A stretch of DNA of 58,950 nucleotides, filler included, from Sphacelaria rigidula (GCA_964200075.2; 10 parts of 10 records of this genome joined end to end with filler, not necessarily neighbours in it); one strand, 5' to 3'. Numbered from the whole stretch's first letter, positions 22,928-38,100 are shown. Numbers and translations are program-made. The notes: generated by a model from the letters alone, not told the origin.

Positions 22928-24874
22928 GTTGAGTGTCTTCCTTGTTTTCTCTTGGCTTTCCGCTTTCCACCTCTTGTCGTAGGACTCAAGTCGCACCTTT
23001 TCCTCTCTTGTTGTGTCGGATGTGGCGTGTGCACGCAGGAAGACCAGTTGTAGTGAGACACGACTTGTTCTTGTGCTGTAGCTTTTGGTGCTGCATGTAG
23101 TCATACACTACTTCAGCCGTTGTCGGTGCTGTGTTTGACTACACGCAGCACGTTGCTGCTCATCATAGGGTCTGGTTAACACGCGACTTTAATACATATG
23201 TAGACTGTGCACTTCGTCTCTACTGCAGGGATCGCATCTGTCTGAGACTTTTTTCTCAGTTCTTCCCTTGCATCGGGTATCCTTTGCCCTACTGCTCTTT
23301 GCGCCAACACATTTCAAATAATGCTCACCACCTTCCTATCTACCTCTTCTTTTCGGACACCATCGCCGCATATCTGCTACCACCATCTCTCCTCATAATA
23401 TCCGACCGGGTACATATCATTTTTCATTTTCCTTTTATTAGCATAGACTTATAGCCTCTGCCAGACGATCTGGACAAGAGGGCTATTCAGTGAGGGACTT
23501 CTCCAGAATCCACTGGCCTCNNNNNNNNNNNNNNNNNNNNNNNNNNNNNNNNNNNNNNNNNNNNTTAATTAATTAANNNNNNNNNNNNNNNNNNNNNNNN
23601 NNNNNNNNNNNNNNNNNNNNCTGGCCATTTTTCGTACCTTTCCTAGGCAAAAAACGAGAAGGTATACCTTTTCTAGGCTATTCCCCTAATAATGATATAT
23701 TACTGTTTCTCGACGTAAAACGCACACATAAAACAATACAAAAACGGTTTCTGTACCGCATTGCATTCATTCAATTTTCGCGGTTCCTTAAAAACACCGT
23801 CATTGCGTGTCGACTGTATAGTCATCGTAGTCGTGAAACAGTTCTGTGCATGTTATCTTTACTCCCCGAAGATCATGCCATCGAAATTCTCGTGTACTAC
23901 AGCACATACAACAGCAACAGTCGATATCATGTACTGGGTATATGCCGCCATTCTTTTATTGAAGGGGGAAAATAAAAAGCATTTCTATTCTTCCTCACTC
24001 AAATGAATACTTGAAACACAAAGTCCAGCTCGATACACCTTGTTATTCGTCCATCCGCATTAAGCGGTAACGTCAACACCAACCAATCGATGCAAGAAAC
24101 AAAAACAACAAAACATCGGCGAAACGAAAAAGAAAAACAGCAGCAAAATCTGGCGGCTGAGATGGGAACGACTACGTGGCTCTTTTCACTACTAGAACTA
24201 AACTACTAGGCACAAAATACGAGTCATCTTTCTTTCCCTCCCGCCCATACGTTCACCAACTTTTCGCCCGCCTCGAGCAACTTCCGTCATTGCCTCGAGG
24301 GCCTAACCCAACTCGCCCCCGGTACCTGCCTGACATTTTGTGGTCGAGGCTTGGATCATGACTATATGCACCCGCAGGTCCCCCGCCGACTCTTCTCATG
24401 GAACTTTTTTTGCTACTCGCAGTCTCCCGGTTCTCACGGTTCCGACGGAGAGAACCAGGTTCCGTAGGACCGAGCAAAGCCTTCCATTTGTCGAAATTAC
24501 AACCCGTAGTCATCCTCCCGATCAACACCCTCAAACACCCATCCCATCGACTCTCGTATAACCTCTTCTCTACTCGCATTCTCACGGTTCCTACGACGGG
24601 AACCAGGTTCTACATGACCAAAAAAAACTTCCATCTGTGGGGATTTCGAACCCGCTATCTTCCTCCCTGCCGTCCTCATTGGCTATCTTGTTATTGGTGT
24701 GACCAGCACACCCTCGACAAAAACAAATCACACTTGTGAAAAACAAAGTGTGTCACTACATAAGGGACAGTGCCGACGAGTATTGCGTCTATTGCGTCTA
24801 TTGCAGTAAGACAACAGATTCCGTAATGTACGCAGTACACTCTTGGACACTCGTCATCTCTCGTAATCATCCAG

Positions 24875-25901
24875 GCTGCAGTGACCAGTCCGACCGCCGG
24901 GGGCTCGGCGACATCCTCCACTCGAACCAAAATAATCGAAAAGCAGCCATTCGGCTATCATACATCTCTACGATGTCCACGACGCTGTTTTTACAGCAAG
25001 AAGTGGCTCTACGGTAGGGGTGGGTGCACAATTTCATTCCCGAGACTCGGTACTTCGGGAGCCTCTCGATGACAAGAACATCTGGGTCTCAGTGTGCTTC
25101 AGCCTCAGGAAACTTTCGGACTAGATGAAAAAAAGTGCATGACCTACCGTAAAACCACTGCAACAGTAAATAAAGCGGCAGGTACTACTACTGATAATTC
25201 TCAATATCATATCACTCAAGACAGCGCTCCCACAGGCACGCCCACACTGACGTGGTCATGATCAACACGGCCATGAAATGCAATTGCGCTGGCAACTGTA
25301 CCGCTGTACCAGCATACAAAACAGAGCGCTCTCCCTCCCAGCCCGCCCCCTCCAACGAGGTCGGCAGCACAATAGCCGAGCCAACTAAAACGGAGGAACA
25401 ATCGGACCGGAACTTGGGAACCGTAAGGCGTTCCCCCCCCGCCCCTCCCGCAAAACGCCGCCAAATATTTTAAAGTGTAATGCATTCGATCGTGTATATG
25501 TGCAACGCCTGATCCTTCGGAACCCGTGGGCGATTTTTTTGTTTGTAAATCGCCGATCATTTTGAGTTGGAAATGCCAAAAATGATGCCGATGGACATAA
25601 ACAAAAATCGTCAACGGGTTCCAAAAGGGTTGAGCAACTGTAAACGCCGGCCGTTGCTGTGATACGGGTAATCTAATCGGAGAAACACACTCATTCACTC
25701 CTATTCATTTTTTTCGTTATGTACATCATGTTTTTTCCCTTCGCGTACCTTCTCTCCCTCCACTCTCTCATTCACGCCCATGCACCACTAAAAAGTGGAT
25801 TGGAATATGACAGTAGGTTTCAGGATGTTGGAGGCCTCGCATCGCCCATGTTGGAGAGTGGCGTGGCGGGGGATAAACTACTACACTTGCACGTGGCATA
25901 G
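24875..25901 (+). CDS. Possible 3' exons of an unknown gene (24875-25013, 25236-25422, 25824-25901)
   Basis: Three AG/GT-bounded, phase-compatible open segments ending in TAG; no recognisable homology. Confidence 0.3.
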
Positions 25902-27889
25902 ATCCCGCTACATGACAAGAAACTAGTCACAACAGGACAAGTACAAACCAACACACCTCTGCCCCTTCCTGCTTTACACATTATAGCGCACAAGCCTTCA
26001 GCACTAGTAGTAAGATAAATAAAACAACGGACACATGTTCCAATGAAACTGCCACAAAAAATAATACAGTCCCCCCCTCACTATCCTGCACACCTGACCA
26101 CCTTTCTTACTACTGCAGCATAGGCCCGGAACTTGAGAAGCGTCAAAAACAAAATGGTCGCTGCAATCTTTCTCGCTTTCCCGCAACTCGCAACCCGAAG
26201 CCCCCCCCCCCCCCCCCCCCCGCCCGCCCCTTCCCCCCCGAACACGCAAAACACATCGCGATTGGAGCGTCCATCCCGCCTTCCAGCACGTTAGAAGACG
26301 AACCTTCAACACGCAGTCAATGAATGCGTTTTCAAAGTTCATCACCTGCACCAACCCAGACACAGTCGGGTGTGTATCATCAGACGTATTTATTTGCGCA
26401 GCAAGCGCGTGTTCCCGACCTACATAAAAACTGGAGATACTTGCCTCTTTCCTCAAAGGATACGCTACTCGAAATCGCAAACTACTCACCCATCCATCCG
26501 CAGCATGTTCCACACTCATATCGTACCGTTGCCGCTGCCATCTTTCAACGCTCCCCGAACGTCACCCACATTGCCACTGCTGACTGACGCCCAGCGCAGC
26601 GCCGACCATTGGCATGCATATATTAGTGCCGCACGCAGCTCCTTCTTTACAGATGTCTTCCTGTCTGTGGCGATGCCTGCATCAAGAGATCTCCCCCACC
26701 ATGCTCGTTTTGACACCATGAGAATATTACCCAGGAATCGGAAACAATGTATGTAGCTAGCTCTCCAAGCACACATGCCCACGCAACCCCACCGCTTCTT
26801 CCCTTTCAACACCGCACACAGCACACAGGTGTAGACATACGCCCCCGCGTATTTTCCATCTCTGAAAACGATCGCACACACGGTGCAACGAAAAACGAAG
26901 TTAACAGGACAATCCTGAAATAAAAAGGGGGGGAGGGGGGGCTACTATATCATAAAAAATATAAAAAATAAGTGCGTGTATGTTTGAAGGCGTGTAAAAC
27001 GACAGCAACAACAACAAAAACAACAGAAGAAGCGAATGAACCGACGAAGGAACGGACCGACGACATTTGCTTCGCCTGCATATACTGTGTGTATATATGT
27101 ACACTGCTCATGACAAGTACTCTTGAATAAAATACCATGTCCGATACACTTCAAATGTGAGTTACACATCTGTCCGTCATATGGCGGACAGCATGTTTCA
27201 ATTATTCGTACTCGGTTCGCCGGTAGAGCAACACCACATTCCGCCCGTAAGCCGACGCCGACTCCGCAATTTCGGGGTGTTGTCTTCGCTGCACAGATCA
27301 TACGAATATGGTAAATGGATTCGGTCGACTGTTTATCCCCAACGTACAATTGCCCCATACCCCCCCCCCTCCCTCCCTTCCTCCCTTCCCCCACGTCCCC
27401 CGTGAGCATGCCTGCGCCTGATGCAATCCGACTGCAATTGCACATCATTTCCAATACTATCCCACCCACGCACCCACCATATATGATTCATTATAGAGCC
27501 TATAAAAATGACCGCATGATGTGCTCGTGTTGTACTGCTGCGTTTGCACACGGTGTTACTGTCGTACTGCCATGCATGTAGAAGTACCAGTTTCAAAAAA
27601 GCAGCGGGGGGAAAATATACTACAACAGAAATCCTTGTCTGCCTGTTGTGATTTGATCATCGGCCACGCGCAGGTACATTGAAGTGGCGGTAACGGTGTC
27701 CCCCATCGAGTTTTCTAACCTAGGGATTTAACCGATCAGCCCCCATGAGCGGTGCTGCAGCACGTGGTCACGGACGTCGCCGTCGTCATACTCCACCCTG
27801 TGCTCTTTCGTGGTCGCCTTGTACGCTGTCGGCCGCCCCACGTACCACCTTCCCTGCCTGCGGTGAGGGGAGTGCGGCGGCGAGGCGTG

Positions 27890-28003
27890 TACGGAACGGG
27901 ACGGGACGGGATCACTTTTTTCAGGGACGAGACGGGACCACTTCAGTTAGGGACGAGTTAGGGACGGGACGTGACCACTTTAGTTAGAGACGAGTTAGGA
28001 CCG
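27890..28003. repeat. GACGG/GGGACGAG short-motif array (transposon subterminal-like)
   Basis: ACGGGACGGGACGGG and TTAGGGACGAG repeated. Confidence 0.6.
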
Positions 28004-28304
28004 GAGCGAGACCGCATTTAGTTCTTGTGGACTAACTAATGGTGAATGATACGCAGTATTGCTCTTCGATATGTCAACCGGGACGGCGATAAAACGCCAC
28101 CCACCCCGACTTGATGAAGACAACGGACTACAGGCCAAGGCTTGCCCCATGTATCTTTGGGACACACGATGAGGGTGAGTAAGCGCACCACCCTTTCGGT
28201 TTGATTCATTTGGGGGTACAATATACCGATGGCTACGGTCGCGGGGCTTTTCCTGAGATTCTGAAGCTACAGCACGAGCAACGGGACTGTGGACCGATTC
28301 GATT

Positions 28305-28520
28305 TCGTTCATTTTTGATCAATTGATTTTTGGATGATTGATCGTCGATTTTTTTTTAATCTGATTCTCGATTTTTTATTCACTGATCCTCGATTCTTGA
28401 ACGACTTGACTCGATAGTTGATCTACTGATTCTCGATTCTTGATCGACTGATTCTCGATCTTTTATTCCTAATTGACTAATTCTCGATTCTTCGTTGACT
28501 GATCCTCGATTCCTTGATTG
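28305..28520. repeat. Degenerate TGATTCTCGATTCT minisatellite
   Basis: Multiple imperfect tandem copies. Confidence 0.7.
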
Positions 28521-29049
28521 GCTTCAATCAAACCATTCCGCGATGAATCCGGCACGATCCCGCACGATTTGAGGTACTACACCCCCAAGGTTATTACTGT
28601 AAACGAACGCGAGCACTTGCAACAAGAAGAGAAAAAAAAAGCAGGACTTCTCATCCACCAAACATGAAAAAAAACGAAAACATCCAACATACAAGTTTTT
28701 GCACTCTTTTTCATACCTTACTCTACACACCGACGCAGTACCCCAAGAAAACAAACAAGAGAGAGAGAAATCAAGATATTGAAACGTGTCACATCCTGGA
28801 CGATGACAATACAGAATATGGTCAACAGTCAAAGAGAAAAGTTGTACTGCGGAAAGTGTAGGTTTATTTTGCAGCGATTCACACGTCGGGCAGATCATGA
28901 TCCGCCTGAAAATTACTTCTCAGTGTACTGACCCGGATCATGATCCAGATATTTTGCCCCCTCTTTTTTCTCATGTTCGCTCCCCACCGCACCGGACGCC
29001 GAGCACGCCCTCCAGCTATTTTTTTTTTCAATACTATGCAAAAGCTTAA

Positions 29050-29425
29050 CCCTTTTGGGACTGGGCCTCCAGAACGACCAACAACGAGGCTGGTCAGGAA
29101 TGACGTGTCCTGCATATACATGAAACAGTGGCTTCATGTTGCTCAAAATCAACGAATTCATGTAACGGCAGGGTTAGATGAAGACCGAAAGTTTCATCCA
29201 ACCTATTTTCAGGTACAAACAGACTGTCTGTACTATAATTCGGGTGTTGTGGGCATCAGGCAATGTACAGATGTATCAAGCAGTATCGGTCGCGATGGAG
29301 AGCTTTCAACAGGATGTGGCAACCGTCGCCCGCCACTTGTGGCCTTGGACAGTGTCCCCATCACCTTGCCTCACAGCCCTTTGTGTTCCTGGTGGGCCTC
29401 GATTTCCCTCTTTGCTGCAAGCGGC
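29050..29425 (+). mobile_element. piggyBac-like non-autonomous element terminus, cut by contig end
   Basis: TTAA|CCCTTTTGGGACTGGGCC; homologous to 224-593 (inverted) and to a short end at ~29980-30017. Confidence 0.65.
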
Positions 29426-30099
29426 NNNNNNNNNNNNNNNNNNNNNNNNNNNNNNNNNNNNNNNNNNNNTTAATTAATTAANNNNNNNNNNNNNNNNNNN
29501 NNNNNNNNNNNNNNNNNNNNNNNNNGTGTCGACGAGATATTGCTTTTAGAGCTTAAATCCGTGTCTAGGCTGGCCCAGCCTGTAATTTACAGAGGACGCA
29601 TTATTCGTCCGACCCTTGCAACTTCCGGTCTTCCTCCTAACCCCTGCGCTTACATTGATTGATTGATCGATTGATCGATTGATTGATTGGTTGGTTGTCG
29701 CACTTTAACTGACCCCCCAGGGGTTCAGCCGTGGTGTCATGATAGACGTACCCAACACGAAACGAAACTGAAACACGCCCTCAAGAAAAGAAGGAACATG
29801 AGGGGGAAAAAAGTCGAACAGAACGATATAGCACACTAAGTCGTAACAAAAAATAACGTATTAAAAAAGTCAACACAAGCAAAGCACAGAAAGAAATAGC
29901 CGAGTGCATACGTGGATTTTCAGCAACATGACTCTACTGTTTCGTGCATACGCTAAACACGTCATTCCTCACTTACCTGCCTCATTGGTCGTTCTGGAGG
30001 CTCAGTCCCAAAAGGGTTAGCGGGCTGACGAAAAGCAGCGAAAAGCGAAGCAAGTGTCCAAAAGTAGCATGATGATTGACTGCGACGACATCACGCAGC

Positions 30100-30180
30100 G
30101 GGGGGGGCGTACTCATTTGTTGCTTGCCTTAGTCATTTGACCATTGACCACGCATCCCTTTCGAGACGGAGCACCGTTCC
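30100..30180 (+). repeat. Interspersed repeat family (GGGGGGCGTACTCATT...GAGACGGAGC..GTTCC); other copies ~17716-17770, ~46995-47105, ~52760-52875
   Basis: Recognisable in four independent pieces. Confidence 0.75.
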
Positions 30181-33100
30181 ATCACGCAGGGGGAAGACCA
30201 ATTAATATGCTCTTTTTGGACGCTTGCTTTGCTGTTCTTCACTGTTACTTTCAGCCTGATGAGACCGTGTCTCATGAAGAAAAATTCGACTCGGAAAACA
30301 TACGGTGCAATCGAGTATGCCCACGGCCTTTATCTTCTCAGATGACCTTGAGTCCCTTTTGTGATTATTTGCGCGCGACGAGCAGAGTGAAAAGCAGGAA
30401 AGCTTAGCCTTTTCGATCAAAAACACGCGGCGGAAAGGTACAAAGGGGCACTTGACTCCTATCTTACAGACCAATACGCCGAAAGCCACCCGTTCACAGA
30501 ATCATGCACATCCCACACAACTCATTCTCAGCTACCACCGCAACTCACCAACATAGAGCACGAGTTGAGCACAGGGACAGATACACTCGAGTAGTTGGGT
30601 ATGATGTGTTTATTTTCTGTCGGCAAAACTTGAGCATTTTGTGCATTACAGGCTGTAGAAAACTGCACGTTTTGTTCTAATCTTCTTCACATCCTCCAGT
30701 ATGAAAAAAGAATGAACAGTCCTGTGCTCGGAGTCGTTCTAAGGAACGGGAAGGGGACGGGGAGGGGTTTAGAGTATGACGAAAAAAAGAGAGATTACTA
30801 AGCAGTCGTCCAAGATCAAAGCACCTCCCGAGAAATTGTATCAAAAGTGGACTGCCCCGCTCAGCACACGCTAAGACTTTGTAGTGGGTTTGGTATTGGT
30901 CTGCAGTTTGTTGTTCCAAAACTGTTGTTCCAAAACTGGGCCGAAACACTAGCTGTTGTTCGTTGATATCAAGATGCGCCCGGACAAATGAGTGATGGTT
31001 GTGTCAGCTCTTCGTCTGTTAAGGTTTGCGCAGCATGGCACACAAAACGCACGCAATTGGCAGTCCATACGACGAACACAATGGCGTCCGCCTAGCTATA
31101 AAAACACTTGGGTGAATGGCAGCAATTGCTATCCGGTCGGTCTCGCGCTTGTGGATCAAGAGAGCGCACGCTCGCTTTCACTGTGCCCTACAGTACACAG
31201 TACACTTGAGTTCTGCCGGCAGTTGTTTTGGGCATCAGCAAGAGTTTGTGCGTAAGTACAGCTTTTGATCTATATCGAGGTGTAGGGGTGTCGCGTGGTC
31301 TACGACACCAAACAAATTTCAACATTTGGTGACGGTTGATCGCACCAAGTCGTGAAATGCATACGAGTCCATTGTCCATGTTAGTTCCACCGCTTCGTGC
31401 TGCAGTAAAGTATCCCGCACAAGACGAATGGCGCTTTTTATGCGTGACCTCTTGGTTATCTCGTATATCTTGAACGCCTGTCTGAATAACAAGGCTAATA
31501 CAAAGGCCAAAAAACAGTACAGTGCTGCAGCAGCTCATGAGGTTACGTCCCACCGCCATCTATGTACTATCCATCCTGTTGAGTGTTACATGCAGTCAAA
31601 CATTTCTCTGACGGATGCCGTTGTGTTACTCTGCGTTGAGGGAGCCAACAACGGCAGGTCGGGACAGACGCACATCATCAAATAACCGTGGGAGATCGTT
31701 CTGCGCGGTCATTATCCATTCCTCGCTGTACTTCCTACCCAAATGTGATTCCGGCCGTAAAGCTGGCAGTATGCACGCACCTCCGGCGTTGGAGTCGCAG
31801 GCTGACGTGTACGGAAAAGATGTGCTCACACCTGCCATTTTTGGGGAACAAGACGGAGAAATTACCCCACAGGAAGGGTTATATTAACAAGCTTGCTGTC
31901 AATCCTTGAGAGATCGCCCAGATCAGTGGTACGGTACGACCGCAAGAACACTGAAATGGGAGAGTTGAAGCGTTCCCCCGAGACCGGACAGGGAGTGCAG
32001 CAGTATTATTTTGTACTTATATAGGGTCTGTTCTTGGCGTAATGTATGATTTCCACCGTGGAAAGCGTAAGAACGTGAGTCCGCATCAAGATGGGCTCCA
32101 CGCCACTTTGTATAACCCCGGGGCAAGCATCCCAATGTATCCCAATGGAAACCCCTGAACGTTCAGGGATGCCGAACCGTTGTATTTATTGACCTTGAAG
32201 CGCAAGCTAACGTTGGGATGAACGTCATGTACGCGATTCCGTGATTGTTTGTCCCCGTGAACCAAAGGAAAGTTGTGGCGCTGCTCGTTTTTTACAGCTG
32301 CCCATTTTCCGCCACTTTTATCGTGTTGTGGACAGTAGCGTGAGCACTCGCGATGAACAGGAACCCATGCTGACTGCGGGCGATGCTTGTTGCCCCTTCC
32401 CGAGTGCATTGTTCGCGTGGGTGTGTGTGTGTGTGATGCCTGAGGTAAAGTCGTGCTGGCAATATGGCATAGACTATCCGCGGACGACGGTGTGTATCAT
32501 CACTTCGATAACACTCCTCAGTCATGAGTGGAGGGCACAGTTTCCAGACAAGCGCATGTCGAACCGGGTGGCAAACAGATGAAAAGGTGGAGTCTTACGT
32601 GACCATTATAGAGCCGAGCCCAACTCTCGCACACGATTATCTTCGAGCTCGACGGCAACATTGAAATTCTAACAGAGCGGTGTCTCCCAAAGCGGGTGTA
32701 GCGGTTGAGCCACGTGAGGAAACGCTTTTCACGTCATTTTCCAGTAAAATAGAGTGTCCCAGTTTGGTGCCGTTTCATCCATGGTTGATATTTCGTTATT
32801 TGAGTGTAAATACCGAAATTCGGATATTTATCAAGACTGACAGTCCCGAGTGCTTCCAAGCGTGCAAAAAACGCCTGCGGCGCCGGTTTGCGGTCTGCCA
32901 ACGCGCACTTTGCATTCGGCACCCTTTGCATCCCCCTTACCGAAGGGTTCTCGGCATACCTTGGGTTGGGGTTAGCATCAGCGTTTGCGTGTGTTTACGC
33001 ATGTGTCAACGAGGCATGTAGTGGCCCCGAACTGGGACAAATCCACCTCGCTGTTTCCGCCGGTCACGTTACAAGGATGACTTTGCCGTACCCAGGCAAG

Positions 33101-36100
33101 CTTTCAGATGGTCGTGTACCATCCTTGTCGCTGTCTTCACATAAAGAAAAAAAATGTTTTGATGTCTGCGCAGTATCTCTATTTCGGTACTGGGCATCGG
33201 ATGCGGACGCCTTCCGTGGTCACAGGCTAAATACCCGAAAAAGGGTATTATGAAATCAAATGAAAACAAGATTTGAGTTGGACCCAGAAAAAATGGCACA
33301 GACACGTTTCAAGTAAAAAGGAATACTGTTCTTCTCATCAGCTCCGGTGCCGTCGGCGACTATTCGGACAATTGGGGGCAGAGCCTGATGTTCCCACTCG
33401 ACACGCGAAGTCAAACAGAAATAGAGCCATTTGTAGGAACCAAATATCGCCGACCATGGCAATGAGAATCATCTGGTTCTATCTGTGTACCCCTACTCGG
33501 TCGGAGTCGGGGGCTTATCACCCGCCGGGGTTGTGTCCGCCATCTCCTAGTCTCACCCATATCTACACACCTCGGGGGGGGGGGCGTCTTGAAAATAGCC
33601 AACGTACACGTGTTGTTTGTAACGTAAGTTCCAAGGCCAAAGGCACGGTACCCCATATTCTCATCATGCTGGAATATTTCATGTTGGGTTTTCACCGGCC
33701 AGCTACACCCCGCCGCACGCGGACATTTGAGGGGCAGCCACATGTATAAATATACTGAACGTGACAAGAGAAGCACTACATAACAACACGCCACATCGAG
33801 GGATAACTACAATGGAAGGGAGGAATTAGCAAGAAAAAGAAAGACATGGGAGGATGGTGGATGGTGGGTATTCCTGCCGCCTCCGCCATTTTCAGTCCGG
33901 CACATATCTGGCTAAACGTTCTACCATTTCTCCGTCCTGCTCTCCGCGCCCGCATGAGTATGCTCAGTTTGGACCTTTCTTCACTTATCCTTGGAAAGCG
34001 AAATCTCTCACATGACCATCTCGTAACCGGGTACACTACATCTGCTAGTATGACACGACCGAGCGTCGCCTCGGAACAGTTTCCCCGGCTGACAGGTCAG
34101 GGACATCCGGGGGTTTCCAGGGGGGCGGGTGGTTGTTGACAGGTAGCTGGGATCTGTTTCTAGGACAGCCGAAAAGCTCGCCAAGTCAGCGATGTATGTA
34201 TGGAAGTTACCCAAGAGAAGTTACAAGCCAAGAAGGAGGCCCGAGAGGAGCGGAGTGACCATTCTGACCAACTACCGCTATCAAAATGGTCACTTTGTTC
34301 CCCTACAGGTGGACTACTTCGCTGTCTAGCCATATTTCTCATTTTGGTATTGACAATTCAACCATAGATAACATGGATACAAGCAACAAGCAACGTGCTT
34401 TTACTCTGCTCATGGTCTGTGCCGCCTGCCTGACCCATCATGTGTTGCCAGCATGGCTTCACACTGTACTGTTGTAGAACACTACGTCGGCATCAGCAGC
34501 GTGCAGTAGACCGTGTTGAGTGGAGAGCGATGGCACGCTGTCTGTCTATTGGCGTTGTGTCCAGCGAAGACACACAGCACGCATACTGTCTCTGCACGCA
34601 TTTGACTGTAGGGTCAAAACCGGTCAGGGGTTCTCTGGGATTATTTTCTATACAGATGCACAACATCCACATGTTCATGAAAAAGGCGTTTTGGATAGCG
34701 AGAAATGAGCTGTTCTGAACCCCAAACGTGAGATATTCCATCTCAGTCCACCTGCGGGGAGGTCGCTGTCTACGGGTTTAAGGTTCAAGATTGAGTAACA
34801 CGGACACGTGAAAAATACATGTGACACCGGTTGTGTGTACGCCTTGTTTTTTACTATCTCGTTGGCACCATGTTAGTATGTACAATATTGTACAAGAGTA
34901 CGTCCCCCCCCCCCCCCTGCGCGCGCAAAGTAGACGACAAAGGACACATGAAGATATACGGCGGGTTGAGATAGTTAATTGGGATGAAAACACATGTGCA
35001 TGGCCCAATGGACGGGGCGAAAAAATTGAAACTACGACTTTGGGGTTGGGGACCTGGACTTGCCAGAAAGGAGGAAGTGATATATCAGTAGTGGAGAGGA
35101 AGTAGATGCACATAATTGACCCTGTGGCGAAGCAATAGAGAGAATAAGTCATAAAGGTGCAGAATGTGAGCTATGCAAGGAAGAACGGGACGTGCTTGAG
35201 GGGAAATGCGGGACGTGAACGAAGGTGGCATGAAATCGTTTGATGCATCAGACAGCAGCGAGAAAACGATGGCTATACTAGGAGATAGATGGTGGCCACA
35301 AACGAAAAAATAGGACTGGAATACTTTATGNNNNNNNNNNNNNNNNNNNNNNNNNNNNNNNNNNNNNNNNNNNNTTAATTAATTAANNNNNNNNNNNNNN
35401 NNNNNNNNNNNNNNNNNNNNNNNNNNNNNNAACGCTTTCTACATTCGTAGTGATACGCATCCTTTCGCATCCGGCTGTCAAACGCGCGAAAGCTGGTCTG
35501 TAGCGTCAGGTATCCGTGCTGATGTGGAGACCTCTCTTCAAGGGACGTTTGCCCCTCTAGTCTCACCATATTTTAGGCCTTAGAGTATGACCGTATCCAA
35601 TTGACGCCGCGGATAATGAATTATAATTTCAGTGCAACGCCGAAAAAGGAACAACACTGACGAGCAGTTTTGCGCCGCCTCTACTGTCCATGAGCGCGTC
35701 GGCAATTCGATCACCCACCCCAACACGCAACTCAGTGGGTGGACCTTGCCACAAAATTAGATGCCCAAGTTTTCGCCAACAAGAAGAAACACATCATGTC
35801 AGAAGTGTGGTGGTGTCGGTTTCCGATCACCGCAGTGTATGTATCCCTGCGCTCAGTTCGTCATCTATGCCGCAGGGTGTAGTAGGTAGCTGCGAATGAA
35901 CCATATGGGTTTTGTGTAATTCTGTGAAAGAGTAGCATCTGGCACAGTTGTCTGCAAGAGAGGAGTTACGTGCGCCTTCGTTCCTTCCGCCGCTCGATTC
36001 GCTCGAAAAAGCTAAGCTTTTCTGTTTTCGACCCTGCCGGTCGCGCGCAACTACTTACAAAATGGACTTGGAGGCATCTGAGAACATAAATACCGTGGAC

Positions 36101-36374
36101 GTAACTGATACGGCCTCGTGGCGACCAATTCGATTCGACCGCATGTTTTCGAGTCGATTTTTTTCATAAGACACGGCCTGAGTAGAGAAGCATGGCAGAA
36201 AAAGATAGTACAGACTACAGACAGTATAGTCATATGAACAGTTCACTACATCTTTGTGGCACAAATGAGCCTACCGCATGCACTCGTAGAAAGTTTCAAT
36301 GTCGCTACAGTACACACGTCGGACAGATCAGCTCCCTATAGCTCGAGCTGGATATTTTTGAGCGTAGCTCCCTA

Positions 36375-36926
36375 CAGTAGTGGGCGGTCTAACTATTCAT
36401 TTTGAGGCATTTTGTGATTTCTTCGTGATTGGCGATTTTCTTGGGCTCTTTTCGCTTGCCACCGCTTATCACATCGACAATCTGAAGAGATTTGTATCCG
36501 CTCCACATTCCAAGAGAAAAAAAAAGCCTTGGTTCTTAATATTGAGTGACTGACGGGCTGACCGGTCATCGGGGGTCCTGCGACGTTTTAGCCCAGATTC
36601 TTACTCTTCGGTATTTTCGGTCGATCGAGCCTGTCCCGATCATATTTCTAAGAAAATGTACAGTTTTATGATTTCGAAACTTTGCCTCCTCATTGCACTC
36701 GAGCCGAAAAACTGTGTTTCACGGTCAACAACACCCTCCTGATGAACGGGGTATTTACTCGTTTCGCCCGATAATACCAACTAGCACTGACTTGGGCACT
36801 GTGTTCTGAGGATCATCTGTTCATTGTATCAAAATCTACCGACGCTACCAATTTCGAGGTCTATCGAAGAGCAGAACGCGAGGAAAACTCCAAAACCCCA
36901 CTAAATAGTTAGACCGCCCACTACTG
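36375..36926. mobile_element. Tc1/mariner-like MITE nested in the hAT-like element
   Basis: 23-bp perfect TIRs CAGTAGTGGGCGGTCTAACTATT; TA on the left, TC on the right; interior resembles ~12030-12240. Confidence 0.8.
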
Positions 36927-36929
36927 TCG

Positions 36930-38100
36930 TGAGCTATGAGAGCTACATGAGCTACGCATGTTTACCGTATGTGAGCTACCAACCCGTAGCTCATCCTCTC
37001 ATGTTTGTCCTGGGTGAGCTATGGGAGCTGTATGAGGTACGCACGTTTGCGATAGGTGAGCTACCAACCCGTAGCTCATCAGCTCATATTAGTCCTGCGT
37101 GAGCTATGAGAGGTGCATGAGCTACGCATGTTTGCCCCGGATGAGCTATGAGAGGTGCATGAGCTACACATGTTTGCCCTGAATGAGCTATGAGAGATGC
37201 ATGAGCTGCACATGTTTGCCCTGGATGAGCTATGAGAGCTAGGTGAGCTGCGAACAATTGCCCTGGACGAGCTATGAGAGCTATGAGAACTACGATTGCT
37301 CATCCCTTTGACCGCGAGGGTAGGAGGTCTCTGAATCGGCATCATTCACACTCGAAAAATAAAATGAATTATGCTGATTTATCAGCTTGCCTACCCTCGC
37401 GGTCAAAGAACCAACCCCTTGACGGCGAGCATAAGTCATCTGTTGAATCGGCTCCAATTTCACTTGGAAAAAGTATGCATGACCAGACGGATTCGTGCCC
37501 TCGCGGTCAACCGATCAAAAGAAATGAATCGGTCGATTATTGTAGACTGAAAGGCAATTTTTTTTTAACCATCCCACCATGCGAACGAGGATATGTGTTG
37601 GCTTCTTTCCTTCCTATCGCGAAGAGTGAGCCAAAACATCACAACCTAATGATATGTGGCGCCATCGTTGGAACCATTCGAACAAGAATGTTGCATCATG
37701 AGCGACACGGGGTTGGCCAGCGGCGAGCTTGGCATATGGCGTGAGTGAGCCACGACCATGTGTCCCTGGGGTGAGCTACCGGGCGTAGCTCATCCGCTTA
37801 TGTTTTCCCCGGGTGAGCTACAAGAGCTGCGTGAGCTACACATGTTTGCCTTGGGTGAGCTATCAAGCGTAGCTCATCCGCATATGTTTTCCCTGGGTGA
37901 GCTATCAACTCGTAGCTCACTAGCTCATATTCGCCCTGAGTGAGCTATGGGAGCTGTATGAGGTACGCACGTTTGCGATAGGTGAGCTACCAACCCGTAG
38001 CTCATCAGCTCAGATTCGTTCTGGGTGAGCTATGAGAGCTGCATGACCTATGCATGTTTGTCAAGGGTGAGCTACCGCCCGCAGATGAGCTAGCTCATGA
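36930..38100. repeat. ~42-bp minisatellite (GTGAGCTATGAGAGCTGCATGAGCTACGCATGTTTGCCCTGG-like) in two blocks, ~36930-37300 and ~37745-38100
   Basis: Direct reading; repeated SSHSS peptides in ORF track. Confidence 0.9.

Noticed and set aside
34164..34718. Two terminal exons of a gene
   Set aside because: Several mutually exclusive splice and frame solutions and no homology; cannot be supported
36930..38100. CRISPR array or repetitive Ser/His-rich protein (ORF 37079..37345)
   Set aside because: Tandem minisatellite without unique spacers, inside a TIR/TSD-bounded element
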